Source of the DNA: Planctomycetota bacterium
GTDB taxonomy: Bacteria > Planctomycetota > UBA8108 > SXIK01
Length of the DNA: 64,000 nucleotides
Assembly: GCA_965223265.1 (NCBI GenBank)
Contig: OZ244999.1
Coordinates: 160,001-224,000 of the forward strand
Direction of reading: 5' to 3'
Under the pieces are notes generated by a model that saw nothing but the letters and a program-made list of their open reading frames with translations, was not told the DNA's origin and ran no database searches. Numbering within the stretch: the first letter of the stretch is position 1; each line of letters starts with the position of its first letter. Position numbers and translations under genes: made by a program. Shown here one piece after another: positions 17,598 through 25,855 of the stretch.

Positions 17598-18674
17598 CTA
17601 CTTCCCCACTGCTGTCTGAGCCCTGACCCTTCGCTTCGCACTCTCGCTACGCCGGAGGTCTCTGAGATGGCGGAAGCTGACCAGTTTCTTCGCTGACTCA
17701 TCCCAAAGACGGAAACTGATTGACTTGAGGCTGGAGAACAACGTCACCGGCTTCACGTCCTTGAACATCGGGTCAGCCTCATGGCATTTCTCGAGGTTGT
17801 AGTTGGGAATCCGCGGACTGAGATGATGGATGTGATGAAACCCGATGTTCCCAGAGAACCACTGCAGGATTCTCGGCAGCTTGTAGAACGAACTTCCCTT
17901 CAGCGCCGCCGCAGTGTAATCCCAGTCCTCGCCGCGCTCCCAGTAAACGTCTTCGAACTGGTGCTGGACGTAGAACAGCCAGACCCCCGCGGAACCAGCC
18001 ACGACCATCGCTGTGAACTGGATCACGAGATACGGCACAATGCCGAAGATCATGCTCAACGCGGCCGCCATTCCGAGGACCGCAAGATTCATCGCCCACA
18101 CCGAGTGCCGTTCTCGCCGACTCGCTCTGGGCGACGGAAGCCGCTGCCAGCCCACGAATAGGACAAGGGGAACAATCACGAACAGTACGACCGGGTTGCG
18201 GGCCAGCCGGTAGGCGAAGCGCTTCCAACGGGACGATTCGAGGTACTCCTGAACCGTTAGCGTCCAGATGTCACCGACGCCACGCCGATCCAGATCACCC
18301 GCTGCTCCATGGTGGATTGAGTGCTCCCATCGCCAGTGGTAGTAGGGCGTGAACGTGAGAAGCCCCGAGATGAATCCCCAGAAAGCGTTGGCGGTTCGCG
18401 ACTTGAGAAACGAACCGTGACCGCAGTCATGAAAAATGATGAAAGTCCGCACCAGCAACCCTCCCGCCAGGACCGCCAGCGGCAGCGTAATCCACCAGGA
18501 CACGCTCAGGCTGAGATACATAAGATACCAGAGACCAGCATAGGAGCCGATCGTGTTGACGATCTGCCACGAGGCTCGCCAAAAACTGGGCTTCTGATGT
18601 TCGGCCAAGATCCCCTTCCACGCCGCAATCTCCGCGCGACGCTTGCCCTTGATCGAATTTGAATCCTCCGCCAT
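17598..18674 (-). CDS. Membrane fatty acid desaturase (Bacillus Des-like) 1
   Basis: His boxes HDCGH, HSIHH and HHIHH; FYVQHQF; RIPNYNL. Start at 18674 or 18719. Confidence 0.93.
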   Translation of the reverse strand: MAEDSNSIKGKRRAEIAAWKGILAEHQKPSFWRASWQIVNTIGSYAGLWYLMYLSLSVSWWITLPLAVLAGGLLVRTFIIFHDCGHGSFLKSRTANAFWGFISGLLTFTPYYHWRWEHSIHHGAAGDLDRRGVGDIWTLTVQEYLESSRWKRFAYRLARNPVVLFVIVPLVLFVGWQRLPSPRASRRERHSVWAMNLAVLGMAAALSMIFGIVPYLVIQFTAMVVAGSAGVWLFYVQHQFEDVYWERGEDWDYTAAALKGSSFYKLPRILQWFSGNIGFHHIHHLSPRIPNYNLEKCHEADPMFKDVKPVTLFSSLKSISFRLWDESAKKLVSFRHLRDLRRSESAKRRVRAQTAVGK

Positions 18675-18721
18675 TCGGTTCCTCTGGGTTTCTTTGGCAT
18701 CGCTAATCAAGCCACGCATTA

Positions 18722-19150
18722 TCAGCCTTCTCCGCCGATATCTCGGTCGGCTTCTCGAATCAGTTTAGACTCCAGATTCTGATGCCTCTTGACCGCGTCG
18801 ATGAGCAAAGCGGTTGCCTTGTGTAGTTCATGTACCGCGGGCGTGCCGTCTTCATCTCTCCGGACAGACAGCTGCAAGACAACCGCTGCCTGCGGCAGCA
18901 GCCTTCTGACGTTCTCGTGGAATTTGGCGCAAAGCGAAATGAGACGAGGATGAGCCCGTGCAATCTCCTTGAAGAACTCCGATGTCCCTGCCTCGAGCGC
19001 CTCGGCATTGAGGGCTTGCTCAAGCGAGTCAAGGTATTGATTCGCTTTAGCTGCCCACCGAGCCTCGCGGTCTGTGTATGACTCTCCAAGTAACTTCGTC
19101 AGCCGATCCAGCGACTCGCGCACGCACATGTTCGACCGCTCTGTATCCAT
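18722..19150 (-). CDS. Hemerythrin-like four-helix protein, degenerate
   Basis: FFKEIARAHPRL, HQNLE and a DIGGEG tail resemble planctomycete hemerythrin-domain proteins, but several His ligands are absent. Confidence 0.6.
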   Translation of the reverse strand: MDTERSNMCVRESLDRLTKLLGESYTDREARWAAKANQYLDSLEQALNAEALEAGTSEFFKEIARAHPRLISLCAKFHENVRRLLPQAAVVLQLSVRRDEDGTPAVHELHKATALLIDAVKRHQNLESKLIREADRDIGGEG

Positions 19151-19159
19151 TCTTACCCT

Positions 19160-19687
19160 CTATTCCGCTCGCGGAGTTAGCCGCGACTGCGTCGCTTCCA
19201 ACGCGCGGCAGCGGTCTCGGACGGAGCGAAACGGCATGCCCTCCTCCCGTTCATACCGCTCTGCTCGGAGGAACCAGAACGCCAAACCGCCGGTGTTGTG
19301 GTACGCGCCCGGCGTAGTCTCGCCAGAGACCACCGCCGCGCGAACGCCTAGAGATCCCTTTCTGCCCGTCTTTCGCCATCCGCGCCGCTCCATGATCATG
19401 CGAACGAGCACGCCGATCGCCTGCCGCAGTCGTTTCGCGCGACTGGGGTGTTGCGCAGCGAGGAACTCCTCGATGGCGGGTTGCGACTCGAGCTCCCGGA
19501 CTACGCCAGCTAGAGGGGCCCTGTCGTGGTGGATCTCGGATTCTTCCATGCGACGTTGCCGATCCTCATCGTTGAAAAACTCGAGCACCCGGTCGAAGGG
19601 TGCTTCCGGATCACCCACCACGTCGGCGAACGTCTTGCCTCGCGGTTCCTCAAGGAACTCTTCCAGGGTGAAGGTCAAGTGGTTCAT
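19160..19687 (-). CDS. Hypothetical protein
   Basis: 175-aa ORF leading a tightly packed minus-strand operon; Gly/aromatic C-terminal motif HNTGGLAFWF..AERY. Confidence 0.8.
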   Translation of the reverse strand: MNHLTFTLEEFLEEPRGKTFADVVGDPEAPFDRVLEFFNDEDRQRRMEESEIHHDRAPLAGVVRELESQPAIEEFLAAQHPSRAKRLRQAIGVLVRMIMERRGWRKTGRKGSLGVRAAVVSGETTPGAYHNTGGLAFWFLRAERYEREEGMPFRSVRDRCRALEATQSRLTPRAE

Positions 19688-19724
19688 TTGGCACCTGAAT
19701 CGTGAGTGGATAGCTAATTACAGG

Positions 19725-19755
19725 TTTTGCACGTTCAAATTTTGCACCTACAAAT
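19725..19755. promoter_or_regulatory. Tandem 15-bp motif TTTGCACnnnCAAAT x2
   Basis: TTTGCACGTTCAAAT followed directly by TTTGCACCTACAAAT, ~40 bp upstream of the start at 19687. Confidence 0.5.
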
Positions 19756-19822
19756 ATGGTATCAGATAAGCTCGCATTTTCAAGGACTGGTAGGCCCCTT
19801 TGAACAAACGACTTGTAGGAGG

Positions 19823-20509
19823 TCAGGACGACTGGCGGCAGCCGGCGGGAGGAGGTCCGGCTGCGAACTGGTAGATGAACTTCCAGTGGACAGCCATTCC
19901 CGCCACCACCGCTATGTGCCAAAGCTCGTGCGGACCGATCACTCCGGGGATGATCGTCGGCCAGCCGAGACCGAGGAGAATAGCCCCGAGGGAGTACACC
20001 GCTCCTCCCACGACAAGAGGCCGAACGAACGCAAAGCCGTATCTGCGCCAGAGCACCACTGCCGAGCAGCCGGCGATCCAACCCAGCGCCAAATAGACGG
20101 TCGTTCCGAGTCCCCGCGGAAGTTGGTCGAAGAAGACGGTGAACAACGTGATCCCTGTCGCTACGAGCGTCCACATGAGCGCGAGCACCCCCCAACGTGA
20201 GATGCCGTTGAAGAAGATCCCCTGTACGGGAGTGAACGTGCCGGCGATCAGTACAAAGATTGCGGCCTTGTCAAGACGGAAAAGGACCGCACGGGCGGTT
20301 CCACCGCTCGAGAGCATGTGGTACACGCCGCTCATCGACAGGAGCAGCACCGATGAGAACGCGAACACGCTCAAGCAGAGAACCCGCCACACGTTCCCCC
20401 GTCCACGACGGAGTAGGAAGATCGTCGCTACGGCGAAGACCAGCGCTCCGACAAGATGAATCCAGGAACTGACCGGCTCGTTGAATCCCGGTATCGGGTG
20501 GGTTTCCAT
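19823..20509 (-). CDS. Hemolysin III / PAQR family membrane protein (TrhA/YqfA-like)
   Basis: EPVSSWIH, SGVYH, RLDKAAIFVLIAGTFTP, YLALGW, HELWH; about seven hydrophobic segments. Confidence 0.9.
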   Translation of the reverse strand: METHPIPGFNEPVSSWIHLVGALVFAVATIFLLRRGRGNVWRVLCLSVFAFSSVLLLSMSGVYHMLSSGGTARAVLFRLDKAAIFVLIAGTFTPVQGIFFNGISRWGVLALMWTLVATGITLFTVFFDQLPRGLGTTVYLALGWIAGCSAVVLWRRYGFAFVRPLVVGGAVYSLGAILLGLGWPTIIPGVIGPHELWHIAVVAGMAVHWKFIYQFAAGPPPAGCRQSS

Positions 20510-20799
20510 CGCGCGCCAACGATTTCCTTTCCGCCTGAAGATCCGAACTCACGAATCCCGGCGGGTATTCTCCGCTTTCATTGGCGTCAAGGAAAGGGCG
20601 AGCCTTGGCCCACTACGGTAGGACTTATGCCGAATCGTCCGTGATCTGCGAACCAACGGAGAGGCCCTGAATCGTCGCTTGGCGCGGCTCTCAACAGAGG
20701 TCTTGTCAGGTTTTCGGTCACTCGCTAAATTGTTCTCGATGAGTTTGTCAACGAAGCATGACCCGAAGAGGAATTGTTCTGCACGTGGAGAATGGTTCC

Positions 20800-21843
20800 A
20801 TGCCGAGCGAAGAAACAGAACTGCCCAAATTCGGAAAGCAGCTGCTTGACGCGACACGGCCGTTCGCGGTGGAGTCCTCGATTAGAAGTTGGTGGTCTGT
20901 GGGCTCCACGCTTGTCGTGCTCGGAGCGATACTCGTCGTGGCAGCGCTCGCCCCTTGGTGGCCGTTGCGGCTCGGCGGGTCAGTTCTTGCCGGACTGCTG
21001 CTGGTACGGACATTCATCCTGTACCACGACTTCATGCACCGAGCCCTCTTGCGTCAATCACGATTCGCGAAGGCGCTATTCTATTTCTTCGGACTGCTCC
21101 TGCTGACACCTCCGCGGTACTGGCGATACAGCCACAACTTCCACCATGCGAACGTCGGCAAGCCGCTCAACGCGGCCGACGCCGGTCCGGCCCTCCTTGT
21201 GACATCGGACATCGGCTCATTTCCGCTCATGACTACGGACACGTGGCAAGAAACCTCGATCTGGCAGCGTCTGCGATATCGTGTCAGCCGTCATCCGTTG
21301 ACACTTCTATGCGCCTATGTGACGGTTTTCCTTTTCAGCCTCTGCCTCCTGCCACTGCTGCAGAATCCGCGGAAGTACTGGGACGGCGCACTGTCGCTCC
21401 TCGCGCATGGCGCGCTCGTTGCCGGGCTCTGGGTGTTTGCTGGATTCGCTGCACTCTTTTTCTCCTTCTTGCTGCCTTTCACGATTGCAGCAGCCGCCGG
21501 AGCGTACCTTTTCTTCGCGCAGCACAACTACGAGGGTATGCGCGTGTTGAAGCCGGAGGAGTGGACCTATTATCGAGGCGCGACTGAGTCATCAAGTCAC
21601 ATGAAGCTCGGCTCGTTGATGCACTGGTTCACGGGAAATATCGGCTACCATCACGTCCACCACTTGAATCCTCTCATTCCGTTCTATCGCCTCCCGGAAG
21701 CGATGGCCGCCATTCCCGAGCTCCAACAGCCGCAGATGACATCACTTCGTCCTCGCGACATTCTCGCGTGTCTGCGATTGAATCTCTGGGACCCGGAGAG
21801 GCGACGACTCGTCAGTTACGGCGAGGCGAGGAAGGCGGTGTGA
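20800..21843 (+). CDS. Membrane fatty acid desaturase 2
   Basis: HDFMH, HNFHH, QHNY, GNIGYHHVHH, IPFYRL. Confidence 0.92.
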   Translation: MPSEETELPKFGKQLLDATRPFAVESSIRSWWSVGSTLVVLGAILVVAALAPWWPLRLGGSVLAGLLLVRTFILYHDFMHRALLRQSRFAKALFYFFGLLLLTPPRYWRYSHNFHHANVGKPLNAADAGPALLVTSDIGSFPLMTTDTWQETSIWQRLRYRVSRHPLTLLCAYVTVFLFSLCLLPLLQNPRKYWDGALSLLAHGALVAGLWVFAGFAALFFSFLLPFTIAAAAGAYLFFAQHNYEGMRVLKPEEWTYYRGATESSSHMKLGSLMHWFTGNIGYHHVHHLNPLIPFYRLPEAMAAIPELQQPQMTSLRPRDILACLRLNLWDPERRRLVSYGEARKAV

Positions 21844-21916
21844 ACAACGCAACAAGCGCAGTGGAAGCGATCCGCATGGTCCAATCGGATAACCATCGAG
21901 CCATGCGGCTAGGCGG

Positions 21917-22912
21917 TCAGGCCGCTTCTCGAAACGAGATCATCCGATCAGCTTCGGTGTCCCATAGGTTTAACCGGAGACATCGCCACACGTCCCGCAC
22001 AGCGAGCGAGGTCTCACCCGGAGACTGCAACTCCTCGATTCCATCCATGGCCTCGGGCAGTCGGTAGAAGGGGATACGCGCGTTGAGGTGATGGACATGA
22101 TGATAGCCGATATTCCCCGTGAACCAGTTGAGAATCGGGCCCATGCGAATGAAGCTCGAGGAGTGAACGGCCGCGAAGAAGTAATCCCAATCCTTGCTTT
22201 CGCGAAGCTTGACCGCGGGGAAGTTGTGCTGCGCGTAGAAAAGATAGGCGCCGAGCCCCGAGGCAACGATCATAGGGATCACGATGAGGTAGAAGACGAC
22301 TCCCGGATTGATGAGCAGAAGCGCCACGACGAGACCAATGTGAAGGACAATCGACAGAGCCGAGTCCCAGTGCATCCTTGGGTTGACCAGAAAGGAGCGA
22401 AGACACATGCCCCAAAAGAAGATGGTCAAGTAGCCCAAGGCGATCGTAACCGGATGTCTTGAGAGTGCGTAGACGAAGCGTGTAACACGCGAGGCACGCT
22501 CGTAGCTCTCTCGCGTCATCACCGGGTACGAGCCAATGCTTGCACCGTAGATCTTAGCATTGTTCCTGTGATGATGATCGTGTGAGCGACGCCAGATGCT
22601 TGGCGGATTGAGCACCAAAAGGCCATAGATGCGCATGATCGTTCGTGCTACACGCGAACCCCGGAAAATCGTGCCGTGTTCCGAATCGTGGTAGAGGATG
22701 AAGATCCGCACCATAACAAGCCCCAGGAGAAAGCTCGCCGCCAGTGTCACTGCGAGCGACCCGCCCATGAAGGTCAGTACGGCGAGAACGCCGAAGACCG
22801 AAAATGTCGACAGGAGATGCCACCAACTCAGCCAGGGACGTTCGCACGCGTACGCCTTACTGTGGAGTACGACCTCTTTGCTTCCTCTGACGGTTGTCCT
22901 CTCTACTTCCAT
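21917..22912 (-). CDS. Membrane fatty acid desaturase 3
   Basis: HDSEH, HDHHH, QHNF, GNIGYHHVHH; clear paralog of desaturase 2. Confidence 0.92.
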   Translation of the reverse strand: MEVERTTVRGSKEVVLHSKAYACERPWLSWWHLLSTFSVFGVLAVLTFMGGSLAVTLAASFLLGLVMVRIFILYHDSEHGTIFRGSRVARTIMRIYGLLVLNPPSIWRRSHDHHHRNNAKIYGASIGSYPVMTRESYERASRVTRFVYALSRHPVTIALGYLTIFFWGMCLRSFLVNPRMHWDSALSIVLHIGLVVALLLINPGVVFYLIVIPMIVASGLGAYLFYAQHNFPAVKLRESKDWDYFFAAVHSSSFIRMGPILNWFTGNIGYHHVHHLNARIPFYRLPEAMDGIEELQSPGETSLAVRDVWRCLRLNLWDTEADRMISFREAA

Positions 22913-22915
22913 TCC

Positions 22916-23227
22916 TTAGGATCCTTGAAAGCTGCGTTGCTCCGCATCGGGAATCGCGCCTCCTTCTCCCTCTTCGCCTTCGCGTTCGTCCTTCTTTGTT
23001 TTTTGAGGTGCTTCCGTGTCCCGGCGTTTCTCCGTCTGCTCTTCCGTTACGTGGCCTGTGGACGTTCCTTCTTCGCTTGCGCACTCGATCGTCTTGACTC
23101 CCAGCGACGACGAGCCGTTTTCGGCGGCCGCCTTCCGCTCTGCTTTCCTTCTCGCCTTTTCTTCGCGGCGTTCTCTCTTGGCTCGTTCTCTGCGGCGCTT
23201 TTCGAAGGATGGGTTTGATTTCGCCAA
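22916..23227 (-). CDS. Small highly charged (K/R/E-rich) protein
   Basis: MAKSNPSFEKRRRERAKRERREEK; AAGGAG RBS before TTG; ends 3 bp before desaturase 3. Confidence 0.65.
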   Translation of the reverse strand: MAKSNPSFEKRRRERAKRERREEKARRKAERKAAAENGSSSLGVKTIECASEEGTSTGHVTEEQTEKRRDTEAPQKTKKDEREGEEGEGGAIPDAEQRSFQGS

Positions 23228-24498
23228 GGCGCGTCTCCTTTCACTTGCTGCTTTCGTGTGCGAGCCCTCGTTGACCTCGAAGCGACACAGGTCACGACCG
23301 TCGGCGTCGGTTGCACATCGCTTGACTGGAGTTCCTCCGGCGTCCGCTCGACTTGGATCGTTCTTCTCGTCAGTTGTTCAATGGCTTGAAGCTGAGGTCG
23401 CTCGATGCTCGCGCAGAAGGAGATCGCCGTTCCCGGGGCACCCGCTCTTCCCGTACGACCAATTCGGTGCACATAGACTTCGGCGACCTCGGGGAGGTCG
23501 AGATTGAACACATGCGTGATGCCGTTGACGTCGAGGCCTCGCGCTGCGATGTCCGTCGCGACCAGCACAGAGACCTGACCTGATCGAAACTGGTCGAGTA
23601 CTCGCTGACGCTGGCCCTGGCTCTTGTTGCCGTGGATCGCCGCCGCCAACAGACCAACACGCTTGAGATGCTTCACCACCTTGTCGGCCCCGTACTTCGT
23701 GCGAGTGAAGGCGAGTGAACGATTGCCGGGCAGGTTTCGCAAGAGGGATGCAAGCAAACGCGGCTTCTGCTTCTTGCCGACGTAGTAAAGCGATTGTTCG
23801 ACGTCCTCCGCCGGTGTGGAAACCGGATCCACTTGAACGTGAACCGAATCCGTGAGCCATTCTTGCGCGAGCTCACGAATCTCGCGCGGCATCGTCGCCG
23901 AGAACATCAGAGTCTGGCGCTTTGCCGGGACCGTCTTGACGATGCGCTTCAGTGCATGAATGAAGCCGATATCGAGCATGTGATCGGCTTCATCGAGAAT
24001 CAGAATCTCAACGGCGTGAAGGCTCACGACGCGTTGCGCCATGAGATCCTCGAGTCGGCCCGGCGTGGCGACCAGGATATCCGCCCCGCGCTTGATCGCC
24101 TGAACCTGCGGACCCTGGCCGACGCCGCCATAGATGACGGTGCTTTTCAGCCCAGTGTAGCGCCCGTAAGCGCGGAACTTCTCGCCGATCTGCGCGGCCA
24201 GCTCGCGCGTGGGTGCAAGAACGAGCGCGCGGATCGAACGCGCTGGAACGAACCGGTGCCGTCGACCGTGTCCCCTGTGACGAGTCCGCGTGCCGTGGCT
24301 CCCTTTCAGGCGCTCCAGCGTCGGCAGGGCAAAAGCCGCCGTCTTGCCGGTGCCTGTCTGGGCGTTACCCATGAGATCCCGGCCCATGAGGACTTCGGGA
24401 ATAGCGCGGATCTGAATCGGGGTGGCTCGCTGGTAGCCTTCGGTATCAACAGCGCGAAGGACCTCCTCGGAAAGACCGAGATCGCAGAAATGACTCAA
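23047..24498 (-). CDS. rhlE: DEAD-box RNA helicase, RhlE-like
   Basis: Q motif TPIQ, AQTGTGKT, PTRELA, TPGR, DEAD, SAT, ARGLD, HRIGRTGRAG. Confidence 0.92.
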   Translation of the reverse strand: MSHFCDLGLSEEVLRAVDTEGYQRATPIQIRAIPEVLMGRDLMGNAQTGTGKTAAFALPTLERLKGSHGTRTRHRGHGRRHRFVPARSIRALVLAPTRELAAQIGEKFRAYGRYTGLKSTVIYGGVGQGPQVQAIKRGADILVATPGRLEDLMAQRVVSLHAVEILILDEADHMLDIGFIHALKRIVKTVPAKRQTLMFSATMPREIRELAQEWLTDSVHVQVDPVSTPAEDVEQSLYYVGKKQKPRLLASLLRNLPGNRSLAFTRTKYGADKVVKHLKRVGLLAAAIHGNKSQGQRQRVLDQFRSGQVSVLVATDIAARGLDVNGITHVFNLDLPEVAEVYVHRIGRTGRAGAPGTAISFCASIERPQLQAIEQLTRRTIQVERTPEELQSSDVQPTPTVVTCVASRSTRARTRKQQVKGDAPWRNQTHPSKSAAENEPRENAAKKRREGKQSGRRPPKTARRRWESRRSSAQAKKERPQAT

Positions 24499-24659
24499 AT
24501 ATGTCTCTTTTCGTTAATGCGCGCTCCGCGATCCGATGTTCCAAGTCACGCGCACTGAGAGCACACGTGCGATCGAAGAGAGAGCGGCGTGCAGCTAAAT
24601 CCCGCGGAATGCCCAAAACGACATCCCACGGGTGTGTCATCGAGCGATCGGCAAGCGCT

Positions 24660-24929
24660 CTACCAGCGCCCGCGTCCTCCGCCTCCATGCTGGCGCTCTC
24701 GTGCGACATTGACGTTGAGCGCGCGTCCTTCGAATTGGTGACCGTTCAGCGCCGCGATCGCCGCGTCAGCGTTTTCCATTTCGACGAAGCCGAATCCGCG
24801 GGGGCGTCCGGTGTCGCGGTCAGTGATGAGGTTGACGGAGTGGACCTCGCCGTGCTGCGAGAAGAGTCCTTGCAGATCGTCGGAGGTCACGGAGAAGGGG
24901 AGATTCCCCACATACAGCTTCTGAGCCAT
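24660..24929 (-). CDS. RRM RNA-binding protein with Gly-rich tail
   Basis: RNP2 LYVGNL, RNP1 RGFGFVEM, GGGGRGRW tail; AAGGAG RBS. Confidence 0.95.
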   Translation of the reverse strand: MAQKLYVGNLPFSVTSDDLQGLFSQHGEVHSVNLITDRDTGRPRGFGFVEMENADAAIAALNGHQFEGRALNVNVARERQHGGGGRGRW

Positions 24930-25435
24930 GGCTCGTAGCTCCTTTGAGTCGGTTGCTTCGAGTACAGGCCCAGAGACGTGGAGAGAATCCGAGAGAGACC
25001 AGAGAGCAACGGTTGAAACGTGCGAACGACGCCGACGCGACGTCGTAATGAACGGCAGCGCCCAACTTCGGGACAGCTGTCGAGGCGCACGTCTAACCCC
25101 CGCAGCGCTAAACTAAAGGTCCCCGTCGATCGCTGAAAGTAACTGATAACAAAGCCTTCGGAAAGGGCGGCATCTCAGTTGGCCCACTTCCGGAGTCTTC
25201 GCAGGCCCCTGATGGACTCAATCGGTGGAGTATACCCTAACGTAGCCAGTTTCCCATCGAAATCGGACTTCTGCGATAATGGTCTGCAGTGGGGCCGACG
25301 CTTTTCGCGTGGAGAGAGGTGGAAGAACCGGTAATCGACCCGTGGACGAAATTCCCCAGTCACACCGTCCCGACGCCTCAGAGATCGAGAAACCGCCGGA
25401 AATCGCCGGTCTCTCATTCAACTCTCCGCCGCCCT

Positions 25436-25451
25436 TGAAACACGTGTTTCA
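25436..25451. promoter_or_regulatory. Perfect 16-bp palindrome TGAAACACGTGTTTCA, copy 3
   Basis: Read directly; lies at the right edge of the putative island. Confidence 0.7.
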
Positions 25452-25568
25452 CCCGAACGCGGCTCCGGCGCTCCCCGAAACCCGAGCTCCCAATCCACGA
25501 TCTCACCCGTTGATCTTCGTCGCGAATCTGAAGATCGTGCATTCGTGAATCGAAGCCGCGCCGGAATT

Positions 25569-25669
25569 CAAAGGTATCGACTTCTCCCAGAAGCTGATCC
25601 CTCGATCCGTAACTCCGCGTATTCCGCGAAGAAAGGATCCCTCACAAAGGTATCGACTTCTCGAAGAAG
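25569..25669 (+). repeat. 25-bp direct repeat CAAAGGTATCGACTTCTCnnAGAAG x2, 76-bp period
   Basis: Copies at 25569-25593 and 25645-25669; 23 of 25 positions identical. Confidence 0.8.
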
Positions 25670-25855
25670 TCCATACTCCCGGAGTCGACAGCACTGTCGT
25701 TAGCCACGCCCGTCTGGGCGGCTAAGTAGAGCGCGATCAGGATTGGCGACCACGAGACACTTGCTCTCATGACGCTATTGTCGGCGATCGGACAGATTCG
25801 ATCAACTGGCTCTGCATCGAGTCGTAGACCCTAACCCGCGGTCGAGCTGGCGAGG

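Noticed and set aside
20255-20285. PAQR D-H to D-K change as loss of function
   Set aside because: The SxxxH and HxxxH histidines and the Asp are retained; this position is not one of the three His ligands.
25091-25097. Integron attC start GTCTAAC
   Set aside because: No matching GTTAGAC end, no cassette array and no integron integrase.
25569-25669. Mini CRISPR array
   Set aside because: Only two imperfect repeats, a 51-bp spacer and no cas genes in the window; kept as a possible att-like repeat.
25100-25850. tRNA or tmRNA as island integration target
   Set aside because: No cloverleaf, T-loop or CCA end recognised by eye on either strand; tRNAscan-SE or ARAGORN would settle it.
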